From positions 71,920,001 through 71,984,000 of the forward strand of contig OX597824.1 in NCBI GenBank assembly GCA_951406725.2: a stretch of 64,000 nt of DNA, given 5' to 3'. Under the pieces are notes generated by a model that did no database searches, was not told where the DNA came from, and saw only the letters and a program-made list of their open reading frames with translations. Position 1 is the first letter of the stretch, and every line of letters begins with the position of its first letter. The translations under genes were made by a program, and so were the position numbers. This document shows positions 41,500 to 55,335 of this stretch, piece after piece. The DNA comes from Octopus vulgaris. Lineage: Eukaryota.

Positions 41500-41678
41500 A
41501 GTAAATCAACAAAAAAAAAAAGCCAAGAACAAACATAAAAAACAATAACACGAGGACGTGGTACATGTAAAGTATTAGCAGACGCTCAGTGAAGGAAAGA
41601 ACGGTGGTTTAACGCTTCGAGCAACGCTCTTCTTCAGAAGCAGAGGAAAATCGAATAGAAAAGGAAGACAGAGGAAAC
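41500..41678 (-). mobile_element. ~180-bp non-coding element with HHR motif (41607-41641)
   Basis: rc GCTT-CTGAAGA-A-GAGC-gtt-GCTC-GAAG-CG-TT-AAAC, flanked by microsatellites. Confidence 0.62.
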
Positions 41679-42734
41679 ACACACACACACACACACACAC
41701 AGAGGACAGACCAGTTTTCATCTACCAAATCCACTCACAAGGCCTTTGTCGGCCAGGGAGGGTCAAGATAGTTGCCCAAGGTGTGACCACACGCGCTCAC
41801 AAACACACGCGCATACATATACATATAAACACGTATATATATATATATTTTTACATACTTTCATACTTAAATACATACATGCACCTATCTACACATAGCG
41901 TATGAGTGTGTATATGCTACGCGTATGTTTCTCATGAGTGTCTTACGAAACGTGGTATGTTATTGAAGGGAAAGATGGCGGAAGAAAGTAAGGAAGGGAT
42001 TGGGGGTTAGAAGTCGTTATATATTTAAGTCTCTCTGTCAAACGTTGAGGCTACTACGATTGTGACACATCATCTACAGATCTTGACATCTTCTCTCTTT
42101 GCCCCTTCACTGTTAAATATCCCGTCAATTATCCACATTCCAAACATCACTTCGCCAACATTTACCCTAATTTCTGTCTTTTCTTGAATTTCCTACGTTT
42201 TTTTTTTTGCAGTTCTTGTCTTTGTTGGTTGGTGTTGTTGTTGTTGTTCGTATTTTTCTCTTGTTTTTTTCTTTAAATTTACATAAGTTTTTTTCGTACA
42301 ACTCGTCCACCTACTGGCTAGTCACTCGTTCATTATGATGTAGTTTTTTTTTTATACATAGTGAAATATTTTTTTATTTCATTGACTTGTGTGTGTGTAT
42401 GTGTATATGTGTGTGTGTTGTGGTAGGAGAGAAAGTAGAGGTGGAGGGGTGTCTTTCATTCATTTATTTATTTGTTCATTCGTTGTTTGTTTATTTTGTT
42501 CCTTTTTTGTGTGTGTTGTTTATTAGTGTTTAATGTATTTTTTTTTTTTCATTGCTAGTATATCTCTGTGCCAAAGCTGTCGGATTCAAATACACATTCA
42601 TTCAACAAACATATAAAATAAAATACGGTAGTATAGATTATGATGATGATGGGGGATAGTTAAGTTGTGGTAGTGATGATGATAATAATAATAGTAGTAG
42701 TGGTGGGAGTGGTAATAAGTCATTTTAATTTTCG

Positions 42735-43321
42735 CGCAAACGCAGCAATTTTAAGACAGAGCAAGTCGATTACATCGACCCCAGTTCTAAACTGACCCCC
42801 AAAAGGATTAATGGTAAAGTTGACCTCGGCGGAATTTGAACTATGACTATTAAGAGTCGTAATTTCCCCGACGCGCTAACGATTCTGCCAGTCTGCCAAT
42901 AATGATAACAATAAATAATATTTATTTCTTTATTGCCCACAGGGGGCTAAACATAAAGGGGACAAACAAAGACAAACAAAGGGATTAAGTCGATTATATC
43001 GACCTCAGTGAGTAACTGGTACTTATTTAATCGACCCCGAAAGGATGAAAGGCAAAGTCGACCTCGGCGGAATTTGAACTCAGAACGTAACAGCAGACGA
43101 AATACCTATTTCGTTATTACCCACAAGGGGCTACACACAGAGGGGACAAAGAAGGATAGACAAAGGGATTAAGTCGATTAGATCGACCCCAGTGTGTAAC
43201 TTGTACTTATTTAACCGACTCCGAAAGGATGAAAGGCAAAGTCGACCACGGCGGAATTTGAACTCAAAATGTAATGGCAGACGAAATACCTATTTCTTTA
43301 CTACCCACAAGGGGCTAAACA
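42735..43321 (-). mobile_element. SINE family B cluster including a head-to-tail ~184-bp concatemer (42925-43321)
   Basis: Repeated units joined at GAAATACC|TATTTC (43106 and 43290). Confidence 0.85.
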
Positions 43322-43899
43322 TATTTATGTAACGACATTGCAAGGAGTAAAAGCAGGTTGAACTTGATAGGATTTGAACACTGGGCATAGAGAGCCGGAA
43401 CGAATGACGCAAAGCATTCTAGTCGACGTTCTATCAGCTATGCCAATCGACTACCAATCAGAAGGAGATATTAATCAAGTAAATATCAGCTTTAGTGTTG
43501 ATATTTGTATCTCTAAGTTTTGTTTTTCAAGTATTAGACATTCTTTTTAACGTGGTGAGCAGGTTAGCGGACTTACAGATATTGTGCAGGCTATCGTGTG
43601 CTATATGTATGCCAGGTACAGAACTGATGTATGTATAATAATAAAAAAATTCATAAAATAAAATACAAAATGCATCACACCAAACCATAAACTGATATTG
43701 TTAATATATTACAAAAGCAGTAAAAACCAAAAACTTCCATATTAACAGTGCACCACAAGCATGTGAACTTGATAACAAGCTGCGGCTCACCAATGTAAAA
43801 ATGGAAGTAAAGTTGCAAACTTGACAATTCTAATCGCTACATTGGCCAGACATGTTCGCCACTCACCTGTAGATACATAATGCATTTACAACATTGCAC

Positions 43900-43988
<89 letters not shown>

Positions 43989-43989
43989 T

Positions 43990-44195
43990 CATCATGTTGA
44001 ACCGTTAATCCTAAACCAATTCTTCTCTCCGTTTTTTTTTTCCTTCTCTCCCCTTTTTTTCCCTTCTCAACCATTTTTGTCGAAGAGCCTAGGCTCGAAG
44101 CGGCTAAGACTTTTCCCTGAGCGTCAGACTAATACACCAGATCGTTGTTCCTTCACCTATCTTCAATTTTTATTTTCTGTAAATTTGAACTGTAT
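43990..44195 (+). mobile_element. ~200-bp element with degenerate HHR motif (44077-44110)
   Basis: TTGTCGA-A-GAGC-ctag-GCTC-GAAG; downstream GAGCGTCAGACTAATACA..TTCACCTATCTTC matches the 5152-5355 copy. Confidence 0.55.
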
Positions 44196-44196
44196 A

Positions 44197-44417
44197 CTCT
44201 TTTACTCGTTTCAGTCATTTGACTGTGGCCATGGTGGAGCAGCACCTTTAGTCGAGCAAATCGACCCCAGGACTTATTCTTTGTAAGCCTAGTACTTATT
44301 CTATTGGTCTCTTTTGCCGAACCGCTAAGTTACGGGGACGTAAACACACCAGCATCGGTTGTCAAGCGATGTTAGGGGGACAAACACAGATACACAAACA
44401 TATACACGCCCCCACAC

Positions 44418-44461
<44 letters not shown>

Positions 44462-44667
44462 TTTTATTCTTTTACTTGTTTCAGTCATTTGACTGCGGCC
44501 ATGCTGGAGCACCGCCTTTAGTCGAGCAAATCGACCCCGGGACTTATTCTTTGTAAGCCCAGTACTTATTCTATCGGTCTCTTTTGCCGAACCGCTAAGT
44601 GACGGGGACGTAAACACACCAGCATCGGTTGTCAAGCAATGCTAGGGGGACAAACACAGACACACAA

Positions 44668-44755
<88 letters not shown>

Positions 44756-45066
44756 GACAGGCTTCTTTCAGTTTCCGTCTACCAAATCCACTCACAAGGC
44801 ATTGGTCGGCACGGGGCTATAGCAGAAGACATTTGCCCAAGATGCCACGCAGTGGGACTGAACCCGGAACCATGTGGTTCGTTAGCAAGCTACTTACCAC
44901 ACAGCCACACGACGAGCTTCTTTCTGTTTCCGTCTACCAAATCCACTCACAAGGCTTTGTTGGCCCGAGGCTATAGTAGAAGACACTTGCCCAAGGTACC
45001 ACGCAGTGGGACTGAACCCAGAATCATGTGGTTCGTAATCAAGCTACTTACCACTCAGCCACTCCT
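44197..45066 (-). mobile_element. SINE family C nested/tandem cluster
   Basis: Two 3' halves (44197-44400, 44460-44670) and two 5' halves (44755-44908, 44909-45066), separated by microsatellites. Confidence 0.85.
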
Positions 45067-45091
45067 ACCACTATATATAAAATTTACGACG

Positions 45092-45163
45092 GCTGTTTCG
45101 GTAGAATTTTATTAATACATTCATAGAAAAATTAATGCATTAATATAATTCTACCGAAACAGC
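45092..45163. repeat. 72-nt hairpin with 30-bp arms
   Basis: GCTGTTTCGGTAGAATTTTATTAATACATT pairs with AATGCATTAATATAATTCTACCGAAACAGC (2 differences). Confidence 0.85.
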
Positions 45164-45388
45164 GAATCAGCTACCGTAAATTTTGAACGCCATATGTGTT
45201 TACTTTTACGTCATTCTAATGACCAATCCCAGAATCGAATCTGCGGTCTAAATTGGATTTGGTACATGCATATCTGCTGTATCTTACCAACACTTGATGT
45301 CTTCAATATTATTTGATTCACGTGAGTTCTGTATTCTGCCTAGCCATTTTTGGCGTCTTGCATGTTGACATGCATAGATTTTGATGAA

Positions 45389-45498
<110 letters not shown>

Positions 45499-45544
45499 TA
45501 CACACATACATACATACACACAAATGTGTACGTTTATGTATATA

Positions 45545-45892
45545 TCTAGTATATAAAATCCGTTCTGTTTGTCTGTGTGTGTGTGTCTTCTAGGATCTCG
45601 GGCATCCTCCAGCCAATTGCGCTCAAATTTGATATGTAGAATACCGACGGTATCAGGGCGTCAAAAATCGATTCCAGGTGAGAATGCGATCGATAAAGCC
45701 GTGGGAACGTGCATTCGTACGCGCAAGTACATCAGTCGAAATCTGTCTTTTGCTGGTGTCTCAAATTTAGGTTAAATCAGTGTTTCTCAAAGGGGAGGCC
45801 TATGGGACGGTCGGACGAGTTGTTTTGAGAAAATTTGGTTTAAATGTCTGACAACTCAGCACCGTCCATTGGACGGGGGAACGCTTTGCTCG
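45545..45892 (+). mobile_element. Non-autonomous Helitron
   Basis: A|TCTAGTATATAAAA start, GTCTG repeats and 3' hairpin CCGTCCA-t-TGGACGG, then CTCG|T (a CTAG variant). Confidence 0.7.
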
Positions 45893-46219
45893 TATATATA
45901 TATATATATATATATACATACATATATCATACATACACATGCATATATACAAATATATATCTGCGCGTGTGTGTGTAGGCGCTCATGTATGTGTGTGCGA
46001 AAAATGCTAAAGTATTCATGCAATGTAAACATGCGATGCCATCACTCTCTTGCGAGAACTGATAGAGGGGGAAGGAAAATACTACTGACCTATATTGAGT
46101 TGATCTTCTTCCTTTGATATCTTCTCTCCAGGCCATTGGAGTCCATATGGGTAATTATCTGGAAGATAGTAGAGCATTCCTGCACTGACACACGCGCGCA
46201 CGACACTCGTATAAACACG

Positions 46220-46308
<89 letters not shown>

Positions 46309-46449
46309 ACACACAGACATACTGACACACAGACACAGACACAGACACACACGCACACGCGCGCGCGCGCTCACACACACGTATATGTATATATAAATAA
46401 CAAAACGAGATTGTTTATATTTAGCCACACCATTTAAATATTCCAATAG

Positions 46450-46569
<120 letters not shown>

Positions 46570-46573
46570 TATG

Positions 46574-46613
<40 letters not shown>

Positions 46614-46640
46614 TACACATACACACACACACACATATAT

Positions 46641-46698
<58 letters not shown>

Positions 46699-46704
46699 TC
46701 ACAT

Positions 46705-46761
<57 letters not shown>

Positions 46762-46974
46762 TGTATGTATAGTCATTCATATATACGCATAAACATTCTG
46801 ATACATGAGTTATCTATACATAAGAGCACATAGCCATGCGAACGCATGCACAGGTACGGAGAGAGATGTAGAGAGACGCACACAAATATATACATATACT
46901 CAGAAATACACACAAGTAACGCAGTGATATATACAACCTCTACACACATGTATGTTATGTATTTATATGTATAC

Positions 46975-47039
<65 letters not shown>

Positions 47040-47083
47040 TATATACATGCATTTTTGTACATATTTACATCTATACGTATATG

Positions 47084-47121
<38 letters not shown>

Positions 47122-47719
47122 TGCATATGTGGGCATAGGACGTCATGAAACGTGTACAACTAAAAATACGAAGTTCGAGTACATGGAATATGAACTATTT
47201 TTTCAAAACAACGAAAGACAAATGGAAAACAAGACAAACAGCATAAAGAACGACCCTCCATCAGTTGCTGGTTATTTTTCTACTCTCGTATTTCGATCAT
47301 TTAACAACAATATACGCTTTCGATAAAACAGTTGTTCCAGCAAAGCAAATTAAATAAAATTTGGGATTTTGCGGAGGTTCAAAATTGGTAACACAAACAG
47401 GACAGCGAAGACAAACAGGAAGGTCTGCTAAGCCTAAACGAGGTTGTGGTGGCAAACGCGTAAATCAAGCTTGGACAGGAGACAGACAAAAACACTTCTT
47501 TGTTCCAGCTACAATAGATAAAGGAAGAAAGAAAGAAAAATAGAATAAAGGCCTCCTTCGGTCATAGTTGATTATGAATCGCAAAATTAGAGTGACAATC
47601 ATGGATGGGATCAGGTTAGAGTCATAAAACAAAAATATTGTATTTTGTGCCATGGCTGACATTTTTCTTTTTTGGAAAAAATAATTACCCGGAAAATTAC
47701 CACGCATCACAAATACAAA

Positions 47720-48455
47720 GATTGATAAATCTTAGAGAGCAAACACAGAATCCGTAGGAAAGGGGACGAAAGTAGTAATCATCCCTTGAATGAATGCAAT
47801 AAGTAGCACAAAAAGAGTATAAGCGCAGGCATGACTGCGCTTATACTAAGAGTGGGTTAGGATGTTAGCCGAATGTCTATATTCAAAGTAACAGAAAGGT
47901 GGTATGAAGATGAGTCAGAGGCTGCGATAAAGAATAAGAATGACAGGATTTTAAGGAATTTCATCATAAAGACCGACTATACGAGTGAAGCAAGAAGATC
48001 AGTTCTTACTATAAAGAACAAAAGATACAAAGAGTATAAGATCATACACTTTACTATACCTTATGATAATAGAATGAATGCCAAAGAATTAAAAAAACCC
48101 CGAAAAATATCAGGCCTAACCAGAAATAGGAAGAGATAATGGAAGACTAAGATGACAATTATTCTTGTGGTAATTGGTGCACTTGACCCAAGACCCAAAT
48201 TGCTATCTAAGAGGCTGAAGGCCATTGGCATCGAGACTGGAAGAAAAGTGCAATTCTGTATTCTGAAGGAATCATAAGAAAGATTCTTAAGATCTGAGGA
48301 GACTTGTTGCCACTAATCCTCAAGACAATATCAATACTAACTAATGTAGCATGTAACTGTTACTACAACAACAACAACAACAACAGCAACAACAACAACA
48401 ACAACAGGAACAACAACAACAACAGCAGCAGCAGCAGCAACAACAACAACAACAA
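47720..48455 (+). mobile_element. R4/Dong-like non-LTR 3' region (restriction-like endonuclease, degraded) with (CAA)n tail
   Basis: Reads ECNK-AQKEYKRRHD, RWYEDESEAAIKNKNDRILRNFIIKTDYTSEARRS, KIIHFTIPYDNR, IILVVIGAL and IIRKILKI*, then a short UTR and (CAA/CAG)n at 48362-48455. Confidence 0.82.
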
Positions 48456-49031
48456 TCCTTTCTACAATATGCACAAGGCCTGAAATTTCGGGAGAGGGAA
48501 CTAGTCGATTACATCGACCCCAGTACTCAACTGATATTTATTTTATCGACCTCGAAAGAATGAAAGGCAAAGTCGACCTCGGCGGAATTTGAACTCAGAA
48601 CGTAACGACAGACGAAATACCTATTTCTTTACTACCCACAAGGGGCTAAACACAGAGAGGACAAACAAGGACAGACAAACGGATTAAGTCGATTATATCG
48701 ACCCCAGTGCGTAACTGGTACTTATTTAATCGACCCCGTGAAAGGCAAAGTCGACCTCGGTGGAATTTGAACTCAGAACGTAGCGGCAGACGAAATACCT
48801 ATTTCTTTATTACCCACAAGGGGCTAAACATAGAGGGGACAAACAAGGACAGACATAGGTATTAAGTCGATTATATCGACCCCAGAGCGTAACTGGTACT
48901 TAATTTATCGACCCCGAAAGGATGAAAGGCAAAGTTGACCTCGGCGGAATTTGAACTCACAACGTAACGACAGACGAAATACCGTTAAGCATTTCACCTG
49001 TCGTGCTAACGATTCTTCCAGCTTGCCGCCA
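48454..49031 (-). mobile_element. SINE family B trimer (one head, three bodies)
   Basis: Junctions GAAATACC|TATTTC at 48621 and 48799; a single head at ~48985-49031. Confidence 0.88.
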
Positions 49032-49035
49032 TAGC

Positions 49036-49081
<46 letters not shown>

Positions 49082-49083
<2 letters not shown>

Positions 49084-49432
49084 CCTTTCTACTATAGGCT
49101 CAAGGCCTGGATTTTTGTGTGTGTGTGTGTCTGGGGAGGGGGGGCAATCGATAACATTGACCCCAGTACTTGACTGGTACTTAATTTATCAACTCCGAAA
49201 GGATGAAAGGCAAAGTCAGACAGATTAAATGCCAATCCTTTCTATTATAGGGCACAAAGCCTGAAAGTTTTGGGGAGGAGATAATTCAATTACATCGACT
49301 CCAGTATCCAATTGGTACTTATTTTATCGACCCCATAAGGATGAAACGCAAGGTCGACCTCAGCGGAATTTGAACCCAGAACGCAAAAACGAACGAAATG
49401 CTGCTAAGCATTTTATGTGGCATGCTAAGGAT
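49082..49432 (-). mobile_element. Two further SINE family B copies abutting (AAT)n at 49034-49083
   Basis: AATCCTTTCTA tails at ~49082 and ~49235 with family B bodies. Confidence 0.8.
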
Positions 49433-49449
49433 TGGGTAACTCTTTAGTA

Positions 49450-49726
49450 AAAGTAAAAGTCGTACCAGTTATCATTGGGGCATCACATTTAATATTCAAA
49501 GGTCTATGCTTCCACCTGGAACCGTCAAACAAGAAGATATACATACGAATGCTCCAAAAAGTTTCTCTTCCCTGGAACAGCTCATATTTTTAGGACGGTA
49601 TTTTCTGACTAAGGCCCTTTTATTAAAGTTTGACAGTTGACACGAAGTAGGGGGAAAAACACAACAAAAATGTATATAAATACTGTGCAATGAAATCTAA
49701 TAATAATAATAATAATAATAATAATC
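49450..49726 (+). mobile_element. R4/Dong-like extreme 3' end with (TAA)n tail
   Basis: The plus strand reads KVVPVIIGASHLIFKGL..HLE..LQKVSL-GTAHIFRTVFSD* (RLE C-terminus), then a UTR ending TGAAATC(TAA)n. Confidence 0.72.
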
Positions 49727-49867
49727 GTCACCGCAATAATCATCGTCATTATCATCATCATCGTCGTCATCGTCGTCGTCATCATCATCAAAATTTGTTT
49801 AGACAGCTGTCCTAAACATTTTTTTCTAGATTTGTAATCTTCCAAGTGGACCATCCAGGCATTTCCA

Positions 49868-49900
<33 letters not shown>

Positions 49901-49950
49901 TGTGTGTGTGTGTATGAGAGAGAGAGAGTGTGTGTGTGTATGTACGTGAG

Positions 49951-49982
<32 letters not shown>

Positions 49983-50670
49983 TGTATGTATGTATGTATG
50001 TATGTATGTATGTATGTATGCGTGAATGTATGTGTATGCTAATGTGTGTGTGTGTGTGTGTTTGGAAATGTGTATGTTTTTATAGGAGTTTGTTTATACT
50101 AGAGTCCACATGATAAAAAGACAAAAAAAAATAGCAAAAAACATACACACACACACACAAAAAGATGATTTCTGGTCGTATATAATATAGCAGGCGGAGT
50201 TGGGGGAGAGGAAGGAACAGGAATCGCGTGGAGTTTGGATCCTTTAATTTCGCCGTTCCTTCTTTCTCACACCGGCTGTGATGATTGAAAGATGGCGAAA
50301 TCATGGGATCAGAGAGATATTTGTAGGATAAGGAAAAAGAAAAAGGAAAAAAAAAAAAAGAGAAAGAGATGGAATGAAAGGAAGAAAGAAAGAACGGCTA
50401 GAAGGGGGGTGAGAGAAAGAAGAGTGATGAGGTTGGAGGTTGAGGGTAGTAAGTAAAGTTGGGAAATTTCTTCTGACAAAGTGTGTGAATGTGAGCATGT
50501 GTGTGTGTGTGTGTATGTGTGTGCATGTGTTTTAATGAGTGTGTGTGTCTGCATGAGTGTGTGTGTGTGTTTTTGTGCGTGTTCGAAAGGGCAATGTGAG
50601 GAGGTATGTATGTGGAAGTTGCTCCGGCTTGGGTTCTGTGATGTCTTGTAATAACATGGCGGTTCATATA

Positions 50671-50889
50671 CAATAATTCCTCGACCATCGCGGGTGTTAC
50701 GTTCCAAAACCCCACACAATAGGTGAAAATCCGCGCATTAGAAACAGTACTGTACTGTATATTTTTAAAATTATTTTTATAATTTGTATATATTTATTTT
50801 ATTATAAATGCAAAACAACATCACGGAGGAATCGACGTAAGCTTAAATAATAAACCGCGATAAGTGAACCACGATATGGCGAAGGACTA
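50671..50889. mobile_element. pogo/Tigger-like MITE
   Basis: TA|CAATAATTCCTCGACCATCGCGG ... CCACGATATGGCGAAGGACTA: degenerate inverted ends with TA flanks. Confidence 0.6.
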
Positions 50890-51067
50890 TATTTTTTCTT
50901 TTTTGTTTCTTTTTTTTAACCTTCTCCCATAATCTACCCTCTCCACTGCCATTTCCACCACACTACCATCACCACCATCCCTATCAGTGCCATCACCACC
51001 ATCATGAGTGGCACCGTCAACAGTGGCACCTCCAATATCCGTTCCATCTCCCACCTTTGACTCTACA

Positions 51068-51295
51068 ACCGCCGCTGCCACCACCATCACCGCTGCGACC
51101 ACCACCACCACCGCTGCCACCACCACCACCACCACCGCTGCCACCACCACCACCACTGCCACCACCACCACCGCTGCCACCACCACCACCACCACCACCA
51201 CCACCACCACTGCCACCACCACCACCACCGCTGCCACTACCACCACCACTGCCACCACCACCACCGCTGTCACCACTATCATCATCACCACAACG
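51068..51295. repeat. (CCA/CCG/CTG) compound trinucleotide repeat
   Basis: Directly visible. Confidence 0.9.
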
Positions 51296-52072
51296 CCACC
51301 ACAACAACGATAATATTCATCTCCATCAGTGAATCGACCACGGAAACCATTCTATCTTCTAGAAACTGTAGCTAAATCACCCTGAAATCATTAGGCAGGA
51401 TACAAATGGCTAGTATAATCTGAGTTGTTCTATACCCAGAAAAGCGGTGTGCTGGTCACGACTGGAATGCCTTTGATTATATGTCTGCTTAAACAGAGTA
51501 GACTGCTATTTTTAATTGGTCCAAAGACCATACAGAGGATCCTTCATGATATTACTGTTTGCTGGTGGCTAGACAGCGTGATTATCAGTGCTGTTATTGT
51601 TAAGTATTGTTTATTTTCTTGCTGTTTTTCTGTTTCGTCGTTGTTGCGTTTTGTTTTAATCAATTAAAAGATTAGTCATCGGTCTATCTTGTGAGACTGT
51701 CAGGAATTGTGTCTCCACGGAGAAGTAAGTATTGCCGTCAGGAAGAGGGAGGGGGACTGTAAGAGGAAGATAGGGATTTGGCATTAGCATATGTTTGGTT
51801 GCGTTGGCTGGCGGAAGAGAAGTGTTGATGGTGGTGTTGGTGTTAGTTTGGACCAGTTCCACTGTTGCTGATGTCTCTGGTGTCCTTTGGTGCACACATG
51901 TACACACACACACACACATATACACACGCACATACACACACACACACACGCACACACACACAAATGCACACATATACATATGTATGCATATAACACACAT
52001 GTATATATGTATGTATATACACATGTGTTTGTGTGTGTACACATAAACATCAATCAATCAATCAATCAATCA

Positions 52073-52107
<35 letters not shown>

Positions 52108-52127
52108 AATCTATCTATCTATCTATC

Positions 52128-52254
<127 letters not shown>

Positions 52255-52689
52255 TGTAGACATACATGCGCACGCAGGCACACGCATACACACGAGACCA
52301 TAATAGTAAATTTGATAAAAGAAAACTAACAAAAATTTCCATTTGGTTCAGAGTGAAGGCAATTTAGATTAGTTATAAATATGGATTCTTAAGGTTTTTT
52401 TTTTTTACTATTGGCCTTAATAACCAAAGATTTCCTAAAGTACTAAGTAAGGTACACTGATTTGGCTCATCAAAACGGGTGTTAATCGCGACTCAAGTTG
52501 CAGTCTGACAAGTGAAATATATTTTACAGAGTATTAAAAAAGAAATGAAAAAAAAAGAAAAACCATCAGAGGGGCGATGCATACCCTGTGCACAGATAAT
52601 TTTTTTCCCAAATTATAGTGTGGCTTACAATGCGTCGAGAAAGCAAGAAGTGAAAAGAATGTCTTGGACAGTGCCATCTTTTTAAATTT

Positions 52690-52972
52690 TACTTTTTCCT
52701 TGTTGCGTCTGGAGGAGACGAGGGGCAGTGATCTTTGATCTATGAGTTTTGCAGGTCCTCCAAGACTGGTGAGGCTGATGCCGTTAATGTTCGGTTTAAA
52801 TTGTTGCAGGTATACACGTGCAAGAAAGACATTACATGAGCTGGGAGAAGATTCCAGTGAGTCAATGTTCGGAGGAAGAAGGAATGGGGATAATGGTTAG
52901 AACGGAGATGTGGTGTGATGAAGTTAACAAAGGTGACGAGAGGTGGAGAGACAAATGGGTAGGGGGTACCTT
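52690..52972 (-). mobile_element. CR1/L2-group LINE 3' end (degraded)
   Basis: The minus strand reads LRSNHYPHSFFLRTLTHWNLLPAHV...LQQFKPNIN, matching the 'SFFxRxxxxWNxLP...FK' C-terminal motif. Confidence 0.65.
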
Positions 52973-53062
52973 AATGGGGGAATTACGAAACCAGTAATTT
53001 CCGAGGAACACAGACCATCATAGCATCGATAGAAAAGACGGAGAGGGTTAGGGTTAGGGTTA

Positions 53063-53477
53063 GGCGGCGACCTGGCAGAAACGTTAGCACGCCGGGCGAA
53101 ATGCGCAGCCGTATTTCGTCTGCCGTTACGTTCTGAGTTTAAATTCCGCCGAGGTCGACTTTGCCTTTCATCCTTTTGGGGTCGATTAAATAAGTACCAG
53201 TTACGCAGTGGGGTTGATATAATCGACTTAATTCGCCTGTCTGTCTTTGTTTGTCTCTTCTGTGTTTATCTCCTTGTGGGTAGTAAAAAAATAGGTATTT
53301 CGTCTGCCACTACGTTCTGAGTTCAAATTCCGCCGAGGTCGACTTTACCTTTCATCCTTTCGGGGTCGATAAATTAAGTACCAGTTACGCAGTGGGGTCG
53401 ATGTAATCGACTTAATCTGTTTGTCTGTCCTTGTTTGTCCCCTCTATGTTTAGCCCCTTGTGGGCAATAAAGATATA
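53063..53477 (+). mobile_element. SINE family B dimer (one head, two bodies) directly after (GGGTTA)3
   Basis: Junction AAATA|GGTATTTCGTCTG at 53293/53294. Confidence 0.88.
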
Positions 53478-54453
53478 AGAAAAGACGGAGAGGAGGCAGC
53501 ATGTCTGTGGGCCAGGGGCTGAAATGTGGTTTGGATTCCCGGACCAGGGCGATGCATTGCGTTCTTGAGCAAAACACTTCATTTTACGTTGCTCCAGTCC
53601 ACTCAGCTGGTAAAAATGTGTAATCCTTTTACAGGTCGGAGTCCCATCCAGCAGGTGGGGTGGAATATATATATTACAGAATCCAGGAAACCGGCCTTAT
53701 GAGCCTGGGGCTCGGGAAGGACCTTTGATCATATTTTGAGTTGAGTGGTCTTCCTCTATCTATAAACTATATTTGACAGACAAAATACTGATAACTTGAG
53801 GTTTTTAAACTGCAAAACAGAAAATTTTCAAAATGGAAAACCAGTTGATTGACTCCTTTGTACAAGCAAAAATACGCGTCATAACAGATAAATAACGAAG
53901 GGATATAATTCCGAGCAGGTAACTTTATAAAAGATGGGCATTAAGCATATCTTTCTGATATCTTAAGACATACAATATTATGAAATAACAGCTTGAAACA
54001 AACTTTTTTATAATAAAAGAATAATTCTAAAAGATTAAATTTTATCGAGGCTCCAGCATGGTCATAGCCTTAGGGCTGAAACGTATAAAAGAATAAAAGA
54101 ATACAAGAATAATCGTTAATCTAACTCTAACTCTAATCTTTACCCTAACCCCAAACCTTATCTTAATCCTAATCTCCTGGGACTTCATTTCTTCGCAATT
54201 AAAAAAGAATTATACATATTTTTGCATACGCAAAAAATCCCAACTAACTTATTTTTCATTTTGAATTTTTTTTTCTCATTCAGGCCTTAAACTCTGGGAT
54301 ATACGAAAACCCCAAGTTTACTACATTTCAAAATCGTAACCGCACCGGATAAAATGCATTGCGGCACTTCTTCTGATTCTTTGCATTCTCAGTTCAAATG
54401 GTACTAAGGTCGAGTTTGCCTTTCATCCTTTTGGAGTCGATAAAATAAGTATC

Positions 54454-54762
54454 GTGGAGGTGTAATGGCCTAGTGGTTAGAGCAGCAGACTCGCGGTCGG
54501 AGGATCGCAGTTTCCATTCCCAGACCGGGCGTTGTGTGTTTTTATTGAGCGAAAACACCTAAAAGCTCTACGAGGTTCCGGTAGGGGGTGGTGGCGACCC
54601 CTGTTGTACTCTTTCGCCCAACTTTCTCTCACTCTTTCTTCCTGTTTCTTGAGTAACGCTGCGATGGACTATCGTCCCGTCCAGCTGGGGGGAACACATA
54701 CACCACAGAAACCGGGAAACCGGGCCCATGAGCTTGGCTAGGCTTGAAAAGGGCGCATAAAT
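54454..54762 (+). mobile_element. SINE family A inserted into a family B copy (~54340-54850), 14-bp TSD
   Basis: ATAAAATAAGTATC on both flanks; family B sequence resumes at CTGGGGTCGATGTAATCGACT. Confidence 0.88.
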
Positions 54763-55335
54763 ATAAAATAAGTATCTGTCAAGTACTGGGGTCGATGTAA
54801 TCGACTACTTTCTCCACTCAAAGCGGTTGGTCTTGTGTCAAAATTAGAAAGAAAAAGGTATTATCACATTTTCCTAAACAAACTACAAGTTAATCTCCCA
54901 TTTAACAATAGTTAGAAATTTCTCTTTGCAACTGGGGAAAAAAATGACGAACCTGCCGACATTACATATTACATGACGCTGCTCTAAGCCAAAACTCCTT
55001 TCTTCACTGAGTCACTTTTTAAAGTTGCCATGGTTTACTCGGATAAGATAATATGGATATCTTGGCAGTACTATTCAAATATAAATACATACTTAATCTG
55101 TGTGTAAATATTGTTATCGTAAGTGAATAATACGAGTTAAGTGATCGCCTGACTTCCAAAAGAAGGTTTGTAAAGATCCATTAAAAAGGTATACTGAAAA
55201 ACTGGAAAGAACTAACTAAAGAAATATATGTGATGCAGACTAATTCAGACAGACTTTCTCTTAATTTTTGTTAAATCTTCGAAAGTGGAAAGAAATCGCT
55301 AACATTCAAAAGTGGACAGGCCGTTCTAATACTCT

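Noticed and set aside
50080-50304. 74-aa ORF with a hydrophobic stretch
   Set aside because: The hydrophobic part derives from TG and poly-T runs. There is no recognisable motif, so it cannot be supported as a CDS without expression data.
50887-51332. Mucin-like, poly-Pro, poly-Gly or poly-Val ORFs
   Set aside because: A trinucleotide repeat open in several frames, with no convincing splice context or domain.
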